From: an uncultured delta proteobacterium
GTDB taxonomy: Bacteria; Desulfobacterota; Desulfobacteria; Desulfobacterales; UBA11574
NCBI GenBank assembly: GCA_963752565.1
Contig: CAVVZC010000021.1
Location: 64,934 to 128,933, forward strand
Reading direction: 5' to 3'
DNA: 64,000 nt
In this document: positions 58,493-64,000 of the stretch, in pieces
Numbering within the stretch: position 1 is the first letter of the stretch
Layout: the number at the start of each line of letters is the position of its first letter
The notes under the pieces: generated by a model
The model's input: only the letters and a program-made list of their open reading frames with translations
Told to the model about the DNA's origin: nothing
The model's database searches: none
Translations under genes and position numbers: made by a program

Positions 58493-58554
58493 GGTGTCAG
58501 GTTTCAATGGTCCTTTTGTATTTTCCTGACACCTGACACCCGACACCCGAAACC
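58493..58554. repeat. (GGTGTCA)n / (TGACACC)n hairpin
   Basis: GGTGTCAGGTTTCA ... CCTGACACCTGACACCCGACACCCGAAACC. Confidence 0.8.
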
Positions 58555-58558
58555 TAAA

Positions 58559-58585
58559 AAGGTGGAACCTGACACCTTGTTTTTT
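58559..58585 (+). terminator. rho-independent terminator candidate
   Basis: AAGGTG-GAACCTGA-CACCTT stem-loop followed by GTTTTTT. Confidence 0.55.
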
Positions 58586-58642
58586 AGCCCTGAGCCCAGA
58601 ACGGTGAACCCGGAATTTAAAGTTAATAAAGGAGATAACAAA

Positions 58643-60193
58643 ATGAAAACGAAAACATTAACACTCATGGCCTTTACCATACTGCTGGCGTCCAGCCTAA
58701 TTACTCCGGCTTCCGCCCAGCAGGAAAAGAGCATCTTCGAGCAGGCTGGCAGTCGAAGCCAAATACACTACCGGAGACTTCAAGCCTGCGCCCGGCAGAA
58801 GATTGAAACCCGGTTCGGAACCTGGAACTTCCCCGGCGGCTACCCCACGGAAGAGACCACGCAGAAGGTCTACGACGAGCTGGATCTGCAGCGCGCCACC
58901 CAGTTGTATCTCGATATGTATCCCGCCCTGTCCATGCGTGGAATGATGCTCGGAACGGCGCGTGATTACGGCGCAAAGAACAGTTCGGATATCTCGGTTA
59001 CTGCCGACCGACTGGATTCCAGCGCATTGTTCCTGACCGGTAATACGGAGAGTATCTATGCCATGATCGTGTTTGACCTTAAAGTAGATGGCCCTACGGT
59101 TTTTGAAGCGCCCGCCGGATTGATGGGCCCTGTGGATGACGCGAACTTCCTGTTTGCTTTCGATATTGGCCCCACCGGCATGGACAAAGGCAAGGGCGGA
59201 AAATACCTGATTCTTCCTCCTGGTTACAAAGGTGATGTGCCGGACGGCTATTTTGTATTTAAATCGCCGACCAATCGTCTCTTTTCGTTTGTCCGCGCCA
59301 ACGCGGCGGTGGTCGGAACCGGCGAAAAAGCGATGGAATTCTTTCGCAAGAACGCCAAGGTCTATCCATTAAAAACCGGACCGAGGAAAGGCAAGTTTAC
59401 CAATGTGTCAGGGGTGCCGATCAATACATTGGTTCCCGAAGATGCCACCGCTTTCGAATGGATGCATGACATCATCAACTATGAACCGGCCGAAGCCTTC
59501 GGCAAAGAGAAGCTGGGACGTCTCGCATCCATCGGTATTGTACAAGGCAAGCCGTTCAACCCCGACGCCCGCATGAAGAAGATCCTGGACCAGGCCGCTA
59601 AAGAAGGCGTGGCGATGTCCCGCGTGATCGCGTTCGACAGTCGTCAGTCCATGGCGAAGGTCTATCCGAATCGTATGTGGGAGAGCCCCTACATCGGCGA
59701 CAGCTCAAGCTTCGATCCGGATGGCTACTTTAATCTGGAGTCGCGGACGACGTTCCACTTCACCGCTGATGGTATCACGCCAGCCATGGCGGCCCAAATG
59801 CCGGATGGATTGGGTTCCAGATACCAGACTACTTACAAAGATAAGAATGGCAACTCGCTTGACGGCAATAAGACCTATAAGCTGCACATGCCGCCGAATG
59901 TTCCGGTTAAACTGTTTTGGGCTGTGACGGTCTACGATCCATGGAACCGTTGCACAATCCAGACTCAGCCGTACCCAAGCATCAGCAGCCAGCAGAAGCC
60001 GGCACCAACCACCAATGGTGATGGTTCCATCGACATCTATTTCTCGGTCGAGAAACCAGCCGATGTTTCGAAAGCGAACTGGGTCAAAACCCTGCCGGAC
60101 CAGGGATTCTTTGTCTACATGCGCTACTACGGTCCGCTCAAGGCGTTCAACGAAAAGACCTGGATCCCCAATGATGTGGAACTGGTGAAGTAA
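58643..60193 (+). CDS. secreted DUF1254/DUF1214 two-domain protein (paralog A, GC-rich)
   Basis: Start at ATG 58643 (SD GGAGA upstream). Signal peptide MKTKTLTLMAFTILLASSLITPASA. GPTGMDKGKGGKYLILPPGYKGDVPDGY and C-terminal PPNVPVKLFWAVTVYD...DGSIDIYF...NWVKT...FFVYMRYYGPL. The track ORF start at 58208 runs through the repeats and is not credible. Confidence 0.75.
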   Translation: MKTKTLTLMAFTILLASSLITPASAQQEKSIFEQAGSRSQIHYRRLQACARQKIETRFGTWNFPGGYPTEETTQKVYDELDLQRATQLYLDMYPALSMRGMMLGTARDYGAKNSSDISVTADRLDSSALFLTGNTESIYAMIVFDLKVDGPTVFEAPAGLMGPVDDANFLFAFDIGPTGMDKGKGGKYLILPPGYKGDVPDGYFVFKSPTNRLFSFVRANAAVVGTGEKAMEFFRKNAKVYPLKTGPRKGKFTNVSGVPINTLVPEDATAFEWMHDIINYEPAEAFGKEKLGRLASIGIVQGKPFNPDARMKKILDQAAKEGVAMSRVIAFDSRQSMAKVYPNRMWESPYIGDSSSFDPDGYFNLESRTTFHFTADGITPAMAAQMPDGLGSRYQTTYKDKNGNSLDGNKTYKLHMPPNVPVKLFWAVTVYDPWNRCTIQTQPYPSISSQQKPAPTTNGDGSIDIYFSVEKPADVSKANWVKTLPDQGFFVYMRYYGPLKAFNEKTWIPNDVELVK

Positions 60194-60204
60194 CGTTAAA
60201 AAAA

Positions 60205-60274
60205 GGTGTCAGGTGTCAGTGTTCAGGTGTCAGTATTTTCAACGCCTGACACCTGACACCCGACACCTGAAACC
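60205..60274. repeat. (GGTGTCA)n / (TGACACC)n hairpin
   Basis: GGTGTCAGGTGTCAGTGTTCAGGTGTCAG ... CCTGACACCTGACACCCGACACCTGAAACC. Confidence 0.8.
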
Positions 60275-60299
60275 TTTATCTTGTAGAGGAGGAAACACA

Positions 60300-61853
60300 A
60301 TGAAAACAAATCACTTTTTCACATTGGCAATAGCCATGATTATGGTGAGCAGCCTGACATCTCCAGTCTGGGCCAAATCCCATAAAACAAAGATGATTAC
60401 CCAGACGCCGAAAATGAAAATGACGACCCCAATTCCGGTAAATATAACTACACCGGATAAAATAGAGTCACCGATCGGAACATTGGAGTTTTTCGATGGT
60501 GTACCCAATCGTAAAACAATAGATGCAGTATATGATTATGTTGACCGTGCAAGGGCAGTAGAGGCTTTTATTAATATGACGCCAGCCGTTTCGTTATACA
60601 ATCTACGTAAAGGGAATCGTGATATGGAAATGGGTAATTGTAACCAAATATTAATTTGGGAGCAGTTAGGCGATTCTAAGTCACTTGCACTTACCTATAA
60701 CAACACGTCTTTATATACTTGGGGATTTCTTGATCTTAAGAAAGACGGCCCTACGGTAATAGAAATTCCTCCCGGTGTACTCGGTATTTTAGATGATGCA
60801 GCCTTTAGATATATTACCGATATGGGAGCAGCCGGTCCTGATAAAGGAAAAGGCGGGAAGTACCTGGTTTTACCTCCGGGATACAAAGGTGATGTGCCGG
60901 ATGGATATTATGTATATAGATCAAACACCTATAATGTTTGGAATTTTATGCGAGGTTACACCAAAACCGGTGTTGAAGCAGCTGCAACTAGAATTAAAAA
61001 AAACCTGAAAGTGTATCCATTATCGGAAAAAGACAATCCTCCTAAAATGGAATTCAAAAATATGTCGGGTGTGTATTACAACACTGTTGCCCCGAATGAC
61101 TATACTTTCTTTGAAGACCTGAACCAAATCATTCAGGAAGAGCCGGAAGGTTTTTATGATGCTGAAAACTTAGGTATCTTAAGATCATTGGGTATAGTAA
61201 AAGGTCAGCCTTTTAACCCGGATGAACGCATGAAAAAATTATTAACAGAAGGTGTAAATATAGGAAATGCTTACGCGCGTGCAAATACCATTGAACCACG
61301 CGATCCGGGTCACTACTACTATCCTGGCACCAAAAGCGAATGGGTAATGGCTTTCGCCGATAACGACACTTACTTCTTAAAAGATGGTGCACGTCGTATG
61401 GATTCACGTTTGTGGATGCATTTTAATGCAGTGTGTGTAACTCCAGCCATGGCATTAACCAAACCAGGGGCTGGTTCACAATATGGCATTGCAGGTATGG
61501 ACTCAGAACATAGAGCTTTAGATGGCGCCAAGACTTATAAAATGCACTTACCACCGAAGTTTCCAGTTAAAGATAATTGGTCTGTAACAATTTACGATCC
61601 GCAAACAAGATGTATGCTTCAAACCGATCAGAAGTTTGCCGGTATCAACAGCTTAAGCGGAAAAGTAAAAGAAAATAAGGATGGATCTATTGATGTTGTT
61701 TTTGCCCCTACTTTACCTAAAGGAGTTAATGAAGGCAATTGGGTGCAATCTATTCCAGGCAAGAGCTGGTTCATCATCTTACGGGCATACGGGCCTTTGG
61801 CACCATGGATCGACAAGACCTGGCGGCCGGGTGAGCTTGAGATGGTGAAGTAG
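60300..61853 (+). CDS. secreted DUF1254/DUF1214 two-domain protein (paralog B, AT-richer)
   Basis: ATG 60300 is preceded by GGAGGAAAC. Signal peptide MKTNHFFTLAIAMIMVSSLTSPVWA. GAAGPDKGKGGKYLVLPPGYKGDVPDGY and C-terminal PPKFPVKDNWSVTIYD...DGSIDVVF...NWVQS...WFIILRAYGPL. Confidence 0.75.
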   Translation: MKTNHFFTLAIAMIMVSSLTSPVWAKSHKTKMITQTPKMKMTTPIPVNITTPDKIESPIGTLEFFDGVPNRKTIDAVYDYVDRARAVEAFINMTPAVSLYNLRKGNRDMEMGNCNQILIWEQLGDSKSLALTYNNTSLYTWGFLDLKKDGPTVIEIPPGVLGILDDAAFRYITDMGAAGPDKGKGGKYLVLPPGYKGDVPDGYYVYRSNTYNVWNFMRGYTKTGVEAAATRIKKNLKVYPLSEKDNPPKMEFKNMSGVYYNTVAPNDYTFFEDLNQIIQEEPEGFYDAENLGILRSLGIVKGQPFNPDERMKKLLTEGVNIGNAYARANTIEPRDPGHYYYPGTKSEWVMAFADNDTYFLKDGARRMDSRLWMHFNAVCVTPAMALTKPGAGSQYGIAGMDSEHRALDGAKTYKMHLPPKFPVKDNWSVTIYDPQTRCMLQTDQKFAGINSLSGKVKENKDGSIDVVFAPTLPKGVNEGNWVQSIPGKSWFIILRAYGPLAPWIDKTWRPGELEMVK

Positions 61854-61862
61854 GAGATAAGT

Positions 61863-61980
61863 ATTCAGGTGTCAGGTGTCAGTGTTCAGGAAAATGAAGG
61901 TGTCAGTGCTTGTCAGCCTCTGGCTGATTCAGGTTTCAGGAAATACAAACCACGATCTGACACCTGACACCTGAAACCTA
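61863..61980. repeat. (GGTGTCA)n / (TGACACC)n hairpin region
   Basis: ATTCAGGTGTCAGGTGTCAGTGTTCAGG...GGTGTCAGTG...TCTGACACCTGACACCTGAAACC. Confidence 0.8.
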
Positions 61981-61987
61981 AAAAGGT

Positions 61988-62010
61988 GGAACCTGAAACC
62001 GGTTCCTTTT
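61988..62010 (+). terminator. rho-independent terminator candidate
   Basis: GGAACC-TGAAACC-GGTTCC stem-loop followed by TTTT. Confidence 0.55.
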
Positions 62011-62049
62011 ATAAAGCCAGAACCCTGAACCCTGAAATGGAGGTATAAA

Positions 62050-63033
62050 GTGAGCAAGAATCGGGGGTTAGCAAAGACTGTGATAACGATATTGGCGCTG
62101 GTGCTGTTGAGCAGTGCCGGCGCGCTTGTTACTCCATTAGCAAACGCCGATGAAGGCGGTGCGAGCTTCTGGCTTCCCGGGCAATATGGTAGTCTGGCAG
62201 CGACGCCGGCCGAACCCGGATGGTCCATGCCGTTGATCTACTACCACAGCTCTACGGACGCCAGTGGCAGCAAAAACTTTACGATAGGCGGCAGCCTCAC
62301 CGCGGGTATCGATGTCGACGTAGACTTACTACTCGTTGTACCGACCTATGTTTTCGCCAAGCCCGTCTTCGGTGGCCAAGCGACTCTCAGCGTTGCCGCA
62401 GACTACGGACGTGCGGAAGTTGATGTGGATGCCACACTGACGGGACCGGGCGGGGGCGTCCTGTCCGGCAGTGAAAGCGACTCAAACACCGCTTTCGGGG
62501 ACCTTTTTCCCTCTGCTTCCCTTCGCTGGAATCATGGCGATCACAACACCATGATCTACACCATGCTGGGTGTGCCTGTAGGCAGTTATGACGTTGAACG
62601 CCTGGCCAATATCGGTCTCAATCACTGGTCGGTTGATGCAGGCGGCGGCTACACCTACCTCAACACGAAGACCGGCCGTGAGTTCTCTGCGACGGCAGGC
62701 CTCACCTACAACTTCGAAAATCCGGATACCGACTACCAGAACGGTATCGATGCCCACCTGGATTGGGGTGCCTCGCAATTCCTGTCCGAGCAGGTGCATG
62801 TTGGCCTGGTCGGTTATTTTTACTATCAGATCACCGGTGACAGCGGTGACGGCGCCGTACTGGGAGACTTCAAATCCCGCGTCAACGGCATCGGGCCGCA
62901 GGTGGGATACATCTTCAAAATGGGCGGAAAAGATGCCTATCTGAACCTCAAAGGGTATTGGGAATTCGGCGCTAAGCATCGGCCGGAAGGCTGGAATGCT
63001 TGGCTCACCCTGGTGCTGCCCCTTGGCGGATGA
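62050..63033 (+). CDS. outer-membrane beta-barrel transporter (MetA-pathway/phenol-degradation-like family)
   Basis: 327 aa. GTG start 6 nt after GGAGG, signal peptide ending ANA, EGGASFWLPGQYGS, and strands rich in G/Y/F. Family assignment is by pattern only. Confidence 0.6.
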   Translation: MSKNRGLAKTVITILALVLLSSAGALVTPLANADEGGASFWLPGQYGSLAATPAEPGWSMPLIYYHSSTDASGSKNFTIGGSLTAGIDVDVDLLLVVPTYVFAKPVFGGQATLSVAADYGRAEVDVDATLTGPGGGVLSGSESDSNTAFGDLFPSASLRWNHGDHNTMIYTMLGVPVGSYDVERLANIGLNHWSVDAGGGYTYLNTKTGREFSATAGLTYNFENPDTDYQNGIDAHLDWGASQFLSEQVHVGLVGYFYYQITGDSGDGAVLGDFKSRVNGIGPQVGYIFKMGGKDAYLNLKGYWEFGAKHRPEGWNAWLTLVLPLGG

Positions 63034-63119
63034 AGCAAGTAACGTTGAAAAGATCCGGGGCAAAGCAGGTGGATCCAGACGCGGCCGGGTGATCCGGAGC
63101 TGGTCAAGTAGCAGGAATA

Positions 63120-63163
63120 GGTTTCAGGTGTCAGGTGTCAGCGAAACACAAATCCTGAAACCT
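63120..63163. repeat. (GGTGTCA)n hairpin
   Basis: GGTTTCAGGTGTCAGGTGTCAGCG...CCTGAAACC, followed by TTTAAA. Confidence 0.75.
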
Positions 63164-63217
63164 TTAAATCTCATAACACATAACTCTTAACCCTAATTTA
63201 ATAAGGAGAAATACAAA

Positions 63218-64000
63218 ATGAAAACAAAACAGTTATTTACACTGGCTATGACATTATTGATCGCCACCTGTCTGGTGACCACCGTCTGGGCAAAACCGCC
63301 CAAATTTAAAATGACCACCCAAATTCCGGAAAATGTTTTAATTCCGGATAAGGTAAAAACGCGTTTGGGTACACTGGAATTTTTTGATGGCGTACCTACA
63401 GCTGAAACCGCCCAACTCATCTGGGATAATCAGGACTTTTCTCGTGCTGTAGAGTCCATGATCATGTGTACGCCGGCCGCTTCACTTGCAGGTTTCAGAA
63501 GAGGAATCCGTGAATATGGCCCCGATAATGAAACCGCCATTATCTGGGAAAGTCGTCTAGATTCTAAAGGACTTCTGTTAACCGGTAATACGACGGTGAT
63601 CTACCTGTTCATGTGGATTGACACGAAAAAAGGGCCGGTTGTTATGGAAACACCCCCCAATGTATTGGCCATATTAGACAACTTCTGGTTCCACTATGTC
63701 ACCGATATTGGAAATGCAGGGCCCGATAAAGGTAAAGGTGGGAAATACATCATTCTTCCACCTGATTATAAAGGAGACCTGAAAGAAGGCCCCTTTGTTA
63801 AACGATCAGACACCTATGGTAACTGGTTAGCTGTAAGAGGTTTTCCTAAGGGCGATGACAACGCAGCGGTCGTGAAAAATATTAAGGATCATTTGAAAGT
63901 ATATCCTTTGGCGGAAGCTAAAAATCCGAAACCTGTAAAGTTTTATGACGTATCGAACAAGTATATCAACACCTTGCATGCACAGGATATAACATTCTTC
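63218..64000 (+). CDS. secreted DUF1254/DUF1214-type protein (paralog C), 5' partial, runs off the window end
   Basis: Absent from the ORF track because no stop falls inside the window. Hand translation from ATG 63218 (AAGGAG upstream) gives MKTKQLFTLAMTLLIATCLVTTVWAKPPKFKMTTQIP...GNAGPDKGKGGKYIILPPDYKGDL...KVYPLAEAKNPKPVKFYD, open through nt 64000. Confidence 0.75.
   Translation, partial: MKTKQLFTLAMTLLIATCLVTTVWAKPPKFKMTTQIPENVLIPDKVKTRLGTLEFFDGVPTAETAQLIWDNQDFSRAVESMIMCTPAASLAGFRRGIREYGPDNETAIIWESRLDSKGLLLTGNTTVIYLFMWIDTKKGPVVMETPPNVLAILDNFWFHYVTDIGNAGPDKGKGGKYIILPPDYKGDLKEGPFVKRSDTYGNWLAVRGFPKGDDNAAVVKNIKDHLKVYPLAEAKNPKPVKFYDVSNKYINTLHAQDITFF

Noticed and set aside
58208-58642. 5' extension of the DUF1254/1214 ORF back to 58208, and likewise 60213-60299 for paralog B
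   Set aside because: The extensions overlap the preceding OM barrel gene or run through the GGTGTCA hairpins (peptides such as RCQVSM, FRCQYF). Good SD-ATG starts followed by signal peptides exist at 58643 and 60300.
63193-63420. Minus-strand 75-aa ORF at the start of the last gene
   Set aside because: It is antisense to a clearly coding plus-strand frame (paralog C, with a signal peptide and conserved family motifs). It is a shadow ORF.

Overview
All calls come from reading the sequence and the supplied ORF track by eye. No BLAST, HMM or RNA-folding runs were possible, so family names rest on motifs I recognise. The gene content and repeat style look like a large-genome Desulfobacterales-type deltaproteobacterium; that placement is inference only.

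Layout:
- 1-12.3 kb: a complete, ordinary dcw cell-wall/division cluster (murF-mraY-murD-ftsW-murG-murC-murB-ftsQ-ftsA-ftsZ). The one oddity is that the frame upstream of murF has no stop codon.
- 12.5-17.2 kb: a B12-type radical SAM gene, a 7TM-HD (PgpH-like) phosphohydrolase and a SET-domain protein.
- 17.2-24.2 kb: an AT-rich, gene-poor stretch. It holds a CI/LexA-like S24 repressor, two short unlisted ORFs, a eukaryote-style fused HisH-HisF, and a Lys-rich 434-aa orphan.
- 24.7-30.3 kb: a minus-strand operon of methyltransferase, GNAT, two unknowns, IorA, IorB and a ketopantoate-reductase-like gene.
- 30.6-38 kb: an orphan frameshifted pseudopilin plus a lipoprotein, then an RND efflux operon with a MITE-like insert.
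- 38.2-44.6 kb: a BMP-type nucleoside ABC importer, then MTA phosphorylase and apt.
- 45.4-52.7 kb: a NarL-type sensor kinase separated from its frameshifted REC-STAND-LuxR partner by a repeat-bounded cassette (vapBC-like pair plus a four-helix-bundle 'IVS' protein).
- 53-55.5 kb: two tandem DUF4143-type ATPases.
- 55.6-56.3 kb: a four-unit tandem array of composite repeats.
- 56.4-64 kb: outer-membrane beta-barrel genes interleaved with three secreted DUF1254/DUF1214 paralogs. Each gene is separated from the next by a (GGTGTCA)n hairpin.

The most unusual content is the set of 7-8-nt-periodic and small-hairpin repeat families. They bound cassettes, punctuate operons, form the tandem array, and in one case encode a protein linker. 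The OMP + DUF1254/DUF1214 module is the second point of interest.

Three genes carry single-base frameshifts, so assembly indel error must be excluded. I saw no tRNA, rRNA or CRISPR array.
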